Assembly: GCA_963810095.1 (NCBI GenBank)
Contig: CAWEMM010000012.1
Coordinates: forward strand, 320,001 to 384,000
Direction of reading: 5' to 3'
DNA length: 64,000 nt
DNA from: an uncultured Chloroflexia bacterium
Lineage (GTDB): Bacteria > Chloroflexota > Anaerolineae > CG2-30-64-16
A program made the position numbers and the translations under genes. The notes beneath the pieces are model-generated. The model did no database searches. It was not told the DNA's origin and worked only from the letters and a program-made list of their open reading frames with translations. Position 1 is the stretch's first letter. Each line of letters begins with the position of its first letter. This document shows, piece by piece, positions 12,568-22,443 of the stretch.

Positions 12568-12646
12568 TTCACCGCCAGGGCACAAAGCCTCCACAAAGAT
12601 CACGAAGCGACTTACAGGAGTCCTTGTGCTCTTTGTGGCTAGTGAA
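12568..12646. repeat. Family A 9-nt-periodic palindrome
   Basis: ttcac..cacaaag..cacaaag ... cttgtg.ctttgtg..gtgaa between convergent genes. Confidence 0.7.
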
Positions 12647-12649
12647 GAC

Positions 12650-13567
12650 CTACCCTACCAGCTTATCCAGCTTTTTGCGCGGCTCCTTGAGCGAGCGCGC
12701 GTTCCGCATCATGCCTTGCCAGGGATCGCCCACCTTATCCAGCCGGTCCCAGATGTTGCGCAGGTTGTACGTGTTCGACCGCAAGTCCGGGTCCTGTAGC
12801 TCATCCCAGGCCAACGGCGTCGCAACGGGCGCGCCAGGTCGCGGCCGCAGCGAATAGGGCGCGACGGCGGTTGCCCCGTACCCGTTGCGCACGTAGTCGA
12901 GGAACAGCCGGCCCTCGCGCTCGGCCTTGCGCATCTCGGTCGTGAGCGTGTCTGGATGCCGGTCGGCCAACAGTTGGGCGAGGTCCTTCGCAAAGTCGCG
13001 CGTCTCATCGAAGTGCGCCGAGCGGTCGAGCGGTGTAACGACGTGCAGCCCCCGCGAGCCGGTGGTCATCACGAACGGCTCGAGCCCTACCTCCTCAAGG
13101 AGTTCCCTGACCAGGAACGCGGTCGAACGCGCGACCTCGAACTCCGTCGGCGGGTCGAGGTCGAAGATCATCCGGTCCGGATAATAGAGGTTGTCGCCCC
13201 GGCTCAGCCAGATGTGCAGGGTGATCGTGTACTGGTTCGCCAGGTAGACCAGGGTCGCGGCATCGTTGGCCAGCACCTGGTCCTGGATCTCCCCGCTCTC
13301 CAGCACCTCCACCTTGGCGCTCGCGATCCAATCGGGAAAGTACTCGGGCATCTCCTTGTGGTAGAAGCCCTTGGCGCCCACGCCGTCGGTGAAACGCTGC
13401 ATCGTGACGGGATGGTCCTTCACATGCGGCAGCATGACGCGGGCAATGCGCCGGTAGTATTCGATCACTTCGCCCTTCGTGATGCCGTCCTCGGGAAACA
13501 GCACCTTGCCCAGGCTGGACAACTCCAACTCGTGTCCGTCCACCTTCTCCACCCGTTCGACGGCCAT
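12650..13567 (-). CDS. ligD: Stand-alone LigD polymerase (AEP primase-polymerase) domain
   Basis: KVLFP..ITKGE, PDRMIFDLDP, TTGSRGLHV, LFLDYVRN, APYSLR.RPGAPVATPL. Confidence 0.9.
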   Translation of the reverse strand: MAVERVEKVDGHELELSSLGKVLFPEDGITKGEVIEYYRRIARVMLPHVKDHPVTMQRFTDGVGAKGFYHKEMPEYFPDWIASAKVEVLESGEIQDQVLANDAATLVYLANQYTITLHIWLSRGDNLYYPDRMIFDLDPPTEFEVARSTAFLVRELLEEVGLEPFVMTTGSRGLHVVTPLDRSAHFDETRDFAKDLAQLLADRHPDTLTTEMRKAEREGRLFLDYVRNGYGATAVAPYSLRPRPGAPVATPLAWDELQDPDLRSNTYNLRNIWDRLDKVGDPWQGMMRNARSLKEPRKKLDKLVG

Positions 13568-13600
13568 CAGCCCTCCTTATAAAGTTCCGCACGTAACGCT

Positions 13601-13684
13601 TCACCACAGAGACACCAAGACCCGAAGAGCCACGAAGCGCTACACGGACTTGGTGAGCCTTGTGTCTTGGTGTCTTCGTGGTGA
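13601..13684. repeat. Family A 9-nt-periodic palindrome
   Basis: tcaccacagagacaccaagac ... gtgtcttggtgtcttcgtggtga. Confidence 0.75.
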
Positions 13685-13698
13685 GCGGAGTACACGGC

Positions 13699-14349
13699 TC
13701 AGGCGTCGGGCCGGCGGCCGCCGTACAGGTTTCCTTCGTCGCCCCGATCGCCCAGTGCCCGGGTGCTCTGCGGGTCGAAGCCGGTTAGGTCTTCGATCCG
13801 CTGCCCGCTCAGCACAGACTCGGGCCGGCGGCTGGGCAGATTCGCGTCCGGGTCCGCGTGCTCGTCGTGCATCTTCTCGAGCACCCACGCACTGTCGCCG
13901 CCCGAGCGCATCAGGCTCCAGCCCCCGCGCAGCTTCTGGCCGTCGAGCCACACCTGCAGCCTTCCCTTGTCGGTTGCCTGCAGCATCGCCTGCGGATCAT
14001 GGGGGTCGTCGGCCTCGAGCAGCCGAAACGGGCCCGCATCCCACACGAGCATGGCGCCCCCGCCGTACTCACCGGCCGGATTGGCGCCCTCGAAGGTGGC
14101 CCGCTCGAGCGGATAGTCCGCGACCGGTATCGCCGCGCGCTTCGCTTCTGGGTTGGGCCAGGGAGCGTCGGGTAGGCGCCAGGAAAGAAAACTCTGGGCC
14201 ACCTCGAACCGCAGGTTGAAATGCATGTCGCCGGCCTGGTGCTGGTGCAGCACGAACATGGGCGGCTCGTTCGGATCGGCCTCGCCGCGGGCGTGGCGCT
14301 CCAGATAATCACGCAGGCCAGCGCCTGACATTGGTTCGGTCATCATCAT
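13699..14349 (-). CDS. Stand-alone LigD 3'-phosphoesterase-like domain with degenerate active site
   Basis: FVLHQH..MHFNLRFE..SW..KRAAI..FEG..GEYGGG.MLVWDAG..GQKLRGGW fold motifs. Confidence 0.8.
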   Translation of the reverse strand: MMMTEPMSGAGLRDYLERHARGEADPNEPPMFVLHQHQAGDMHFNLRFEVAQSFLSWRLPDAPWPNPEAKRAAIPVADYPLERATFEGANPAGEYGGGAMLVWDAGPFRLLEADDPHDPQAMLQATDKGRLQVWLDGQKLRGGWSLMRSGGDSAWVLEKMHDEHADPDANLPSRRPESVLSGQRIEDLTGFDPQSTRALGDRGDEGNLYGGRRPDA

Positions 14350-14524
14350 CCTCGCAATACGTTGTCGCCAGATTGCGTCTTGCTCGCCGCGGTCCCGGCA
14401 GCGGACGGCCGGCCGAAACCTGTAGCGTAGCCAAGCTGCGATGGATTAAGACGACAAGAAGGGGGGAAGTGTTCGGGGTCGTGCGAAAGATCGCTTCTCA
14501 CACCAAGGCGGATAAGTACACGCA

Positions 14525-14656
14525 GGGTTCCTGATGCCCCTGCGTCATCCCCCGTACCGTGGCTTATCCGGGCGAACGGGTACCAGAGCGTTGCCTTTGG
14601 GGTTCCAAGGGGCGCGGCCCGTGGTCGGGGGCGGCGGGGGCAAGAGGGCCCCCGCC
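14525..14656 (+). ncRNA. Candidate structured RNA (long irregular rod, possibly 6S-like) or composite palindrome
   Basis: tgcccctgc/gcgggggca, cccccg/cggggg and accgtgg/ccgtggt nested pairings with G-U pairs on the + strand. Confidence 0.3.
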
Positions 14657-14700
14657 AACCAGCCATTGGGCTTCAACTGGTAATTTCCCGGTGGTTGTAC

Positions 14701-15882
14701 CTAAAAGTCGAGGACGCCTGCGCCGGGCGCAGCACACACATCATAGACGTTCGTGCGGATGCCTGTTGCGGCTTCGTACCGCTCGCGCACCGCCTCGCCG
14801 AACGCCGCAACTTGCCCCTGCTCGACCAGCGCCACCATGCAGCCTCCAAACCCCCCGCCTGCCTGCCGGGCGGCAATGACACCGGGGGCGTGGCGCATGG
14901 CGCCCATCATTGCGTCCATCGCCGGCGCGCCGATCTCGTACAGGTCCCGCGCGCCCACGTACGAGTCTGCGAAGAGGCGCGCCAGGCGCACGCGGTCGCC
15001 CGCAGCCAGCGCAGGGGCCAGCGCCAGCACGCGCTCGTCCTCTTCGACGATGAACCGGCAGCGCCGCTCGACCACCGGCGACATCTCGTCGCGATGCCGG
15101 TCGAGCATCTCGCACGTCGCGTCGCGCAACGCCGTGACATGGGGGTAGTGCCGAGCGAGCACTGCTGCGCCCGCCTCGCATTGGCTGCGGCGTTCGCCGT
15201 ACTCCGTGCCGGCGAGGTTGCGGGGTGCGCACGTGTCGCAAATGACGAGAGCGATGCCGGCCGCGATCGGCGTGACGGTGTGAAAGAGGTCCCGGCAGTC
15301 GAGCAGTACCGCGCTGCCGGCCTGGCCGAGCGCCGAACTGTACTGGTCGAGAATCCCGCAGTTGACGCCCACGAAGCGGTTCTCCGCCCGCTGACCCAAG
15401 ATCGCGAGCTGCACCGGGTCCAACTCCAGATCCGAGGTGGCCTGCATTGCCACGCCGGCTGCCATTTCGAGCGCGGCCGACGAACTGAGTCCACTGCCGA
15501 ACGGGATCGTACTGTGGACCAGCGCGTCGAACCCCCGCAGATGGTAGCCCGCCTCCTGCAGCGCCCACGCCATTCCGCGCACGTAGTTGCTCCACGGCGC
15601 TCCCGGGTCGTGCTGGATCGCGTCAAGGCTGAACTCGGCGCGGCCCGGCAGGTTCAGCGACTGAACGGCAATGATCCGGTCACGTCGCGGCCGCACGGCC
15701 AACCAGGTGTCCCGATCCACGGTCGAGGTCATCACATAACCCAGGTTGTAGTCCGTGTGGCTGCCCATCAGGTCGACACGGCCGGGCGCGCGCACCCACA
15801 GCATGGGCTCGGCGCCGTAACGCCGCTCAAACTCGCAGGAAATGAACTCTCTCCGGGCCCCGTCCGTTAGTCGTCCGTCCAA
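14701..15882 (-). CDS. galK: Galactokinase
   Basis: APGRVDLMGSHTDYN, PFGSGLSSSAA, GVNCGILDQ, GGGFGGC GHMP motifs. Confidence 0.9.
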   Translation of the reverse strand: MDGRLTDGARREFISCEFERRYGAEPMLWVRAPGRVDLMGSHTDYNLGYVMTSTVDRDTWLAVRPRRDRIIAVQSLNLPGRAEFSLDAIQHDPGAPWSNYVRGMAWALQEAGYHLRGFDALVHSTIPFGSGLSSSAALEMAAGVAMQATSDLELDPVQLAILGQRAENRFVGVNCGILDQYSSALGQAGSAVLLDCRDLFHTVTPIAAGIALVICDTCAPRNLAGTEYGERRSQCEAGAAVLARHYPHVTALRDATCEMLDRHRDEMSPVVERRCRFIVEEDERVLALAPALAAGDRVRLARLFADSYVGARDLYEIGAPAMDAMMGAMRHAPGVIAARQAGGGFGGCMVALVEQGQVAAFGEAVRERYEAATGIRTNVYDVCAAPGAGVLDF

Positions 15883-15917
15883 CTGGATATCCTCCGCCTG
15901 AAACTACGCTCGACCGT

Positions 15918-15981
15918 AACCACCAAAAGACGAAGACCCGAGGAGGATCCGCACGGGATAAGTGATCCCTTGTGTCTTCAC
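15918..15981. repeat. Degenerate family A palindrome
   Basis: aaccaccaaaagacgaagacccgag ... cttgtgtcttca. Confidence 0.5.
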
Positions 15982-16002
15982 GCCTGCAAGCCCACGAACC
16001 CG

Positions 16003-17036
16003 TCAAGATCCCGTCGCCCGGAAGGCATCCAGCAAAGCATCGACGTTGGCCAACGGGATATCGGCCATCATCCGGTGCGAAGGCGCGAGCACGAAGCCGG
16101 TTCCGGCCGGCGCCAGGTCGGCAATCGCGGCGGCCACAGCCCGGCGCACGTCTGCCGGCGAGCCATGGGGCAGGACCGTCTGGGTGGAGATCCCACCGTA
16201 ATACGCCAACTGGTTGTCGAAGTCGCGGCGCAACGCGGCATGGCTTAGCACTTCGGGCTGCACGGGGTTCAGGACGGTCAGCCCGATTTCGACCAGGTCG
16301 GGCAAGATGGGCTGGATTTGGCCGTCCGAGTGCATGATGACGGGCAGCCCACGCTCGCGGAACGGCGCAAAGAGTCGTGCGAGCCGGGGCTTGATGAAGC
16401 GCCGCCAGGCCGCCGGCGAGAACAAGAGCCCTTCTGCGCGCCGTAGTCGTCGCCGAAGTAGCCGCCGTCGACGCCGGCCCGCAGAAAACGCTCGATCAGC
16501 ACGAGTTGGATTTCGGTGATCCGATCGAGCAAGGCCGCGGCATATGCCGGATCTTGCGCCATGTCGATGAGGAACTGCTCAAAGCCGCGGAGCGACCAGG
16601 CGCGCTCGAAGAGCGCGAAGCCGAGGTTCGGGACGACGAAGTACTCACTCCCTTGCGCGGCCAGGGTCTGCTGCGCAGCCGCCAGCAGCCCGGGGGCGTT
16701 CGGATCAGGCCATGCGTAGGCGTCGAGGTCCCTGTCGTCGGCGAGCGGGCTGTGCCGGATGAAATAGCCCTCTTCGACGGTGTCGTGCCCGGCGCCCCAC
16801 CAGTCGTACCGGACGAGGCGGTCAGCGCTGTAACGAGGGGCGTGATTGACGTCGACCCGGACGAGATGGTTGTCGAGGAACGCAGGGAGCGCGGGTACTG
16901 ACACACGGTAATGCGCAGCCAGCACCTGGGCCATGGCCGCTGTGGCATTGATTTGCGTTGGAAGGCGATCCACGGGCGCATGTTCGAATGCAGCCTTCAT
17001 CCGCGCCTTGTGGGTCATGGCGGTCACCCCTGGCAT
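16003..17036 (-). CDS. Uroporphyrinogen decarboxylase/MtaA-family protein (HSDG type; one frameshift near 16430)
   Basis: LFERAWSLRGFE, FGDDYG, IMHSDG, LNPVQPE, GGISTQ, LAPSH. Confidence 0.85.
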
Positions 17037-17063
17037 GGTGGGCTCCTTGTTCTCGAGGAAAGC

Positions 17064-18067
17064 TCAGCGACGGCCGGTGGACTTGCGCGTCACCAGGCTG
17101 GTCGAGACGACGCGTCGTTCGGGTTCGCGGCCCGCAAGCAGGCTGAGCAGCATATCCATTGCAAGCACGCCGATTTCGTAACGCGGCAGCGCGACGGTGG
17201 TGAGGGGTGGATCGAACTGCGATGCGAGCCAGATGTCGTCGAGCCCGACAATCGAGAGATCTCCGGGACGCGCAGCCCGTCTGAGCGGGCACCCGAGAGG
17301 ACGCCCAGCGCCATCAAGTCGTTTGCGCAGAACACCGCCGTCGGCGCACGGCGCTGCTCAGCGAGGAGTTCCCAGGCCTTGCGGCCGCCCTCGATGGTGA
17401 GGTCAGCAGTCGCAATCAGGACGTCTTCAGGGCAAATGCCCCCGCTCGCGAGCCCTTTGAGGAATGCGTCGCGGCGGTCACGGCTCGTCTTCAGGTTCAG
17501 CGGCCCGGCGACGTGCGCAAACCTCCGGTGCCCGAAGCTTAGCAGGAGTCCCGCGGCCTCTTCGATCCCCGGCGCAAAGTCGACTTCGATCGTGCTGACG
17601 CCGGGCATGCGGCGGCCGGCCCAGTCAAGTACGATGGCAGCCGTGTTGCTGGCGACAAGCTCGTCGAGCCAATCGTCGGCCACGCCGCTCGACATCACCA
17701 GCACCCCGTCGGCCCGGCGGTCGACCAGCGAGCGAATCAGCCCCAACCCGCGAGCCGGGTCATAATTGGTGTTCGCCAGGAGGACATTGTAGCCCGCGGC
17801 AATCGCCCGGTCTTCCACGCCGTGGATGACGTCCCCATAGAACGGGTTGGCGACATCCGAGACCAGCATGCCGACCGTGAACGTGTGATGCGAGCTGAGA
17901 CTCCGCGCGACGGCGCTCGGGCGAAAGCCGAGGTCTCGGATCGCGTCCTCTACCCGCTGGCGTGTTCCGGGCCGAATGTGGGTAAACCGTCCACTCAGCA
18001 CCCGGCTGACGGTTGCCTTGGACACGCCCGCCGCGGCTGCGACGTCGTCAATAGTTGGTACAGGCAT
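17064..18067 (-). CDS. LacI-family regulator (frameshift near C-terminus)
   Basis: TIDDVAAAAGVSKATVSRVL HTH; FCANDLMA. Confidence 0.9.
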
Positions 18068-18070
18068 TTG

Positions 18071-18084
18071 TGAAACCGGTTTCA
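18071..18084. promoter_or_regulatory. LacI operator, perfect palindrome TGAAACCGGTTTCA
   Basis: 14-bp palindrome between the promoter and the LacI start. Confidence 0.75.
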
Positions 18085-18096
18085 AGATTTAGGGTG

Positions 18097-18125
18097 AGGA
18101 TACCAGTGAGACAGCTGAATGTCAA
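18097..18125 (-). promoter_or_regulatory. Sigma70 promoter of lacI-uroD-galK
   Basis: TTGACA-17-TATCCT on the minus strand. Confidence 0.7.
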
Positions 18126-18144
18126 ATCGGCTATAATAGATGTC

Positions 18145-18426
18145 ATGTCAGAGCCTAATTCGACCGAGAGTGACGTGGCCCGCTGGCACAGGCTGAGCGG
18201 GCTGCCCGACAACGTGACCGACGACGGCGACGTGGTAGCGCCAGACCCGGGCCGCCGAACGCAATCCGAGAAGGCGCAGCTGCGTGCAGCTATCGCGCGC
18301 GTGCGTGACGAGCACCCTTCTGTCGAGGCGCGAAACCTGGCCCGCCTCGCCGCGTCGTACCTGCTGGCGGGCGATATCGAGACGGCTCGGCGCTACCTTG
18401 ATCGCGCCCTGATGCTGCGAGAATAG
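18145..18426 (+). CDS. Small hypothetical protein (C-terminal TPR-like helix pair), probably leaderless
   Basis: TATAAT at 18132-18137, 7 nt before ATG; LARLAASYLLAGDIETARRYLDRAL. Confidence 0.5.
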   Translation: MSEPNSTESDVARWHRLSGLPDNVTDDGDVVAPDPGRRTQSEKAQLRAAIARVRDEHPSVEARNLARLAASYLLAGDIETARRYLDRALMLRE

Positions 18427-18551
18427 CACTCGCCCTTCGCGCCGCTAGGACAAAAGGAGTACGACACCTCGCAGGTCCTTGCCGTTTTGCCCTCCCCAGA
18501 CGCGTCCTCTGTCCGATGACCGCCCCGGCCCATCGTGCTACCATATCCGAT

Positions 18552-19172
18552 ATGGCACTGTACGAAGAAAAGGCCCTGATTGATGCTGCCCAGGCGGGCG
18601 ATCTGACAGCCTTTAATGAGCTGGTCACGAACTATCAAGACCAGGCTTTCAGCGTTGCCTACCGGCTGTTGAGCGACTCTGAAGCGGCTGCCGATGCCGT
18701 GCAAGAGAGCTTCCTCAAGGTCTACCGGCGTATTGACCAGTACCGGGGCGGCTCGTTCCGGGCATGGGTGCTGCGCATTGTGACGAACAGCTGCTATGAC
18801 ACGTTGCGCGTGAGCAAGCGCCACTATGCCAGCCGGCTCGACAGCGAGACCGTGCCGCCCGACCGCGACCGGCGCTTGAGCGACCCGCGTTCCTCGCCGC
18901 ACGATCACGCGGTCCGCGGCGAACTCAACTTGCTCCTTAGGCGCGCAATCATGCAGTTGCCCCCCGGCCAACGGATCGTGCTGGTGATGTGCGATATCGA
19001 GGGGTTCGAATACCACGAGGTCGCCGACATGACCGGGCTCGCGCTGGGCACAGTCAAGTCGCGGTTGAGCCGCGCTCGGACGAAAGTCCGCGGGGTGCTC
19101 GTGCAAAAGGGTTTTTCCCCAAGCGTTCCCCCTCACAGGGATCACGTCGTCGCATACTCGACGTCTGTCTGA
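18552..19172 (+). CDS. ECF RNA polymerase sigma factor (SigW/RpoE-like)
   Basis: AQAGDLTAFNELV, ADAVQESF, FRAWVLRI, GTVKSRLSRAR. Confidence 0.92.
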   Translation: MALYEEKALIDAAQAGDLTAFNELVTNYQDQAFSVAYRLLSDSEAAADAVQESFLKVYRRIDQYRGGSFRAWVLRIVTNSCYDTLRVSKRHYASRLDSETVPPDRDRRLSDPRSSPHDHAVRGELNLLLRRAIMQLPPGQRIVLVMCDIEGFEYHEVADMTGLALGTVKSRLSRARTKVRGVLVQKGFSPSVPPHRDHVVAYSTSV

Positions 19173-19192
19173 GACCGTTAACTTAGCCCCTC

Positions 19193-19221
19193 TTGCCCCA
19201 ACGCCGGTGCATGCGTATAAT
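19193..19221 (+). promoter_or_regulatory. Sigma70 promoter of the sensory operon
   Basis: TTGCCC-17-TATAAT. Confidence 0.6.
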
Positions 19222-19307
19222 GGTGCGTATTGAACCACAAAAGGCGGGTAAGACTTGCACAAGCCTGGCGCAAAGCAGTCCCTCCGCTGACAGGTAGGTA
19301 GAGGCCA

Positions 19308-20678
19308 ATGGCATCACGAATGTCACGACGTGTCTTCTTGCGAGTAGCTGGCAGCCTCGCAGGCGCTGCAGCGTTGGCTGCTTGTGCACCGGCAGCAAAA
19401 CAGGGTGCGGGACCCCATGGCAGCCCGGTCGTCCAGCTGGTGTACCAGGACTGGCGGACGGACTACTTCGCGGCGATGGCACAACGGATGTTGGAAGAGT
19501 TTCACGCCAAGCACCCGAATATCCACGTCTTCTACACGCCCGACCCTCCGGACCTCACGGACAAGATGATGACGGACTTTCAGGCTGAAAGTGCGCCGGA
19601 CGTGTTCGCGGGGTGCTGTGACTTCTTTCCGATCTGGGCGCAAAACGGTTACCTGCTCGACCTGCGGCCATACGTCCAGGCCGAGCTCAAGCCAGAGGAT
19701 CTCAACGATTGGGACGGCGCGCAGTACCGGTCGCTCCAGCTGCGAGACGGGACTCAATACGGACTGCCCAAGTACCACGGCGCGCTCGCGCTTTACTACA
19801 ACAAGGACTTGTTCGACCAGTTCAAGGTGCCCTATCCCGAGTCATCCTGGACGCACTTCGACTATCAGACGGCCGTAACCAAATTCGTGCAGCCGCGGAG
19901 CGATGGGGCGCAAAGCCAAATATGGGGCAGCATGTTCGACGTGAGCTGGGACCGCATCCAGGCTCATGTCAACGGTTGGGGCGGCCATTTCGTCGATCCG
20001 AACGACCCGAAGAAGAGCTTCATCGGCCGGGCCCCCGCGCTTGACGCGATGCAGTGGCTGCGAAACCGGATGTGGGAAGACCATGCTATGGCCAGCCGCC
20101 TGGACGTGCAGAACCTCAGCGTGACGGAGGCGTTCCAGCGCGGCCGCCTCGCCATGGTCGAAGACGGATCATGGTCGCTCAAGACTATCCTGGATAACGC
20201 GAAGTTCCGGGTGGGGGTGGCCGTCTTCCCGGCCGGCCCCGCGGGCCGGGTTACGATCGGCACGACGGATGGCTTTGGCATTTACAAGGGCACTCGCTAC
20301 CCGGAGGCAGCCTGGGAATTCATGAAGTTCCTGGTCAGCTCGCGTTACGGCCGCGCGATGTCACAGGCCCACCTGCTCCAGCCGGCGCGCGCCAGCCTTG
20401 TCGATAGCTGGATTGCGGACGTTCGGGAACAGTATCCCGAAAAGGCGAAGGAGATGGACCTGGGCGCGTTCGCGCAAGGGCATCTGCAGGGCTTCAGCGT
20501 GACCCCCGAGATATTCGAGAAGCAGGAGGAAGCGCGGCAGCTGGCCTCAAGCGCGTGGGAACAGATTTTCACCCTGGGACGCAAGCCGGTTTCCTACATG
20601 CGCGAGATATCCGACCAGATCGAGGCGGCCCAGGCGGCCCCACAGAAGGCCAAGGAGGGGGGCGGCAGTGGGAGCTAA
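19308..20678 (+). CDS. Extracellular sugar-binding lipoprotein (family 1), Tat-exported, with no adjacent permease
   Basis: SRRVFL...LAAC; APDVF, YGLP, YYNKDLFD, AMVEDGSW. Confidence 0.88.
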   Translation: MASRMSRRVFLRVAGSLAGAAALAACAPAAKQGAGPHGSPVVQLVYQDWRTDYFAAMAQRMLEEFHAKHPNIHVFYTPDPPDLTDKMMTDFQAESAPDVFAGCCDFFPIWAQNGYLLDLRPYVQAELKPEDLNDWDGAQYRSLQLRDGTQYGLPKYHGALALYYNKDLFDQFKVPYPESSWTHFDYQTAVTKFVQPRSDGAQSQIWGSMFDVSWDRIQAHVNGWGGHFVDPNDPKKSFIGRAPALDAMQWLRNRMWEDHAMASRLDVQNLSVTEAFQRGRLAMVEDGSWSLKTILDNAKFRVGVAVFPAGPAGRVTIGTTDGFGIYKGTRYPEAAWEFMKFLVSSRYGRAMSQAHLLQPARASLVDSWIADVREQYPEKAKEMDLGAFAQGHLQGFSVTPEIFEKQEEARQLASSAWEQIFTLGRKPVSYMREISDQIEAAQAAPQKAKEGGGSGS

Positions 20679-22441
20679 GGGCGTCTGGCGCCGTTGGCGG
20701 GCTGTGATTATTGCCAGCGCAGTCCTGCTGACGCTGGTCGGTCTGCTGGCCGGCGCGCTGTTCGCTCAGTCATCCTACCGGGCCGCCGCGGCCCAGTCCA
20801 TCATGCAGCGAGACCGCCAGGTCGCCCTGCTGACTGCCGTTCGCCTGAGCGACGAGTTGGAGAAGCTGGCCGGCGAGCTGGAACCCACCGCGCGGGCCCA
20901 GAGCCTGGTTCTTGGGCTGACCGACAGGCAGCGCCTGGCCCTGCGGGGTCAGAGCGAGCGCCTAAGCGTATTCGACGGCGGGGTTATCTTAATGGACAGC
21001 ACCGGGCGGGTGCGCGCGACTGTGCCCGAACGCTGGGACATCATGAGCTCGGACTGGTCGAATCAGGAGTTCTTCAGGAACATGCTGGTCGGCCAGCCGC
21101 CCGCACAGTACTTCTCGTCGATTCTTAACGTCGGGCCGGATAACTCGCCGGTGGTGGTGGTCAGCGTTCCCGTGTTGGGTGACAACGGGGAGCTGGCCGG
21201 CGTGCTCGCAGGGCTCTTCCGCCTGGGCGAGTCGCGCATTCAGCGCGTTTTATGCCAGCATCGTCCGGCTGCGGCTGCTGGGAAGCGGGAACACCTTCAT
21301 CGTCGACAAGGCCGGCCACATCATCTACGACTCGGGCTATCAGCGCACCGGACAGACGATCGACTTATCAGCCGTGAAGGCGGCGGCATCTGCGGCGGAC
21401 CCCCGGCCCAGCCTCGACGCAGAAGGGAATGAGGTCGTCTATTCCATTGCACCGGTGCCCGGCACAGACTGGTCATTGGTCACCGAGACCGATTGGGTCG
21501 AAGCGATGGCCCCGGTCCAGCGGTTCGGCACGGGCATCATCGTCCTGCTGGCGCTCGGCATGGTTGTTCCCACCGTGGGCGTGGCCTTGCTCGCCCGCGG
21601 CCAGCGATCGGCTGTAGGCGACGCGGACCAGGCGGCGGTCGAGGCGCGGGTGGGAAAGGCTATGCGTGACCGGCTCCTGCCGCATTTCACCCCTATGGTG
21701 GGCGGATGGGAAGTGGCCGCGCACCACCAACCCGCAGCAAATGGGGCAACGGCCCGCGACTTGTACGATTTCATGCTGCTGCCCGACGGCCGCCTGATGA
21801 TTTCGCTCGCCACAGTGGCCGACCAGGGCCTCTCGGCCGTGCACTTGATGACCACCGCCCGCGCGGCATTCCGGACCGCCGCCTGCCGCACGCAGTCGGC
21901 CGGCCAGGCGATGTCGCTGTGTAACAACCTGCTGTGTCCCGATGTCGGGCCCAGCGCGGCGATCACGTCGCTCTTTGCGCTGCTCGATCCCATGTCAGGG
22001 CGCCTGCAAGTTGCGAACGCGGGCTTCTGTGCGCCGTTCCGCTGGGTCGAGGGCGAGCTGATCGAGATGCGCGAGGGACCCGACTTTCTGGGCCAGTCGC
22101 TCGACGTGGAATTCGATCACGATGATGTGCTGGTGGGGCCGGGAGATACGGTCATCTTCTACAGCCCGGGCGCGCTGGGCGTGCGGCCTGAGACCGGCGA
22201 CCCGTTCGGTCCCGAGCGCGTGCGGCGGGTGTTGAATACGACGGGTGCCATGACAGCGCAGGCCATCGTGGAAGCGCTGCGGATGGACCTGGTCGAGTTC
22301 GCCGATGCGCGCTCTCGGCGGCAACTGGACATTACGTTCCTGGCGCTTTCGCGGCCGGCGGGCGCCGCACCGTCGCAGAAGCCTAAGCGCTCGCTGCGCG
22401 ACGAGTTGCGGGCACTGGGCGAAACAGACACGGACCTGTAG
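20668..22441 (+). CDS. Membrane sensor: dCache domain plus SpoIIE/RsbU-like PP2C domain lacking metal-binding Asp residues (frameshift near 21240)
   Basis: TM-Cache (DWSNQEFF, VVVVSVPV, FIVDKAGHII, VPGTDWSL)-TM; RLLP..GWEVAA..DLYD, LQVANAG. Confidence 0.8.
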
Positions 22442-22443
22442 CC

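Noticed and set aside
14531-14580. Hammerhead ribozyme (CTGATG start)
   Set aside because: Lacks the CUGANGA/GAAA core
16003-17036. Annotation of the UroD-like genes as haem-pathway hemE
   Set aside because: No RQAGR motif and no hem genes; the context is sugar metabolism
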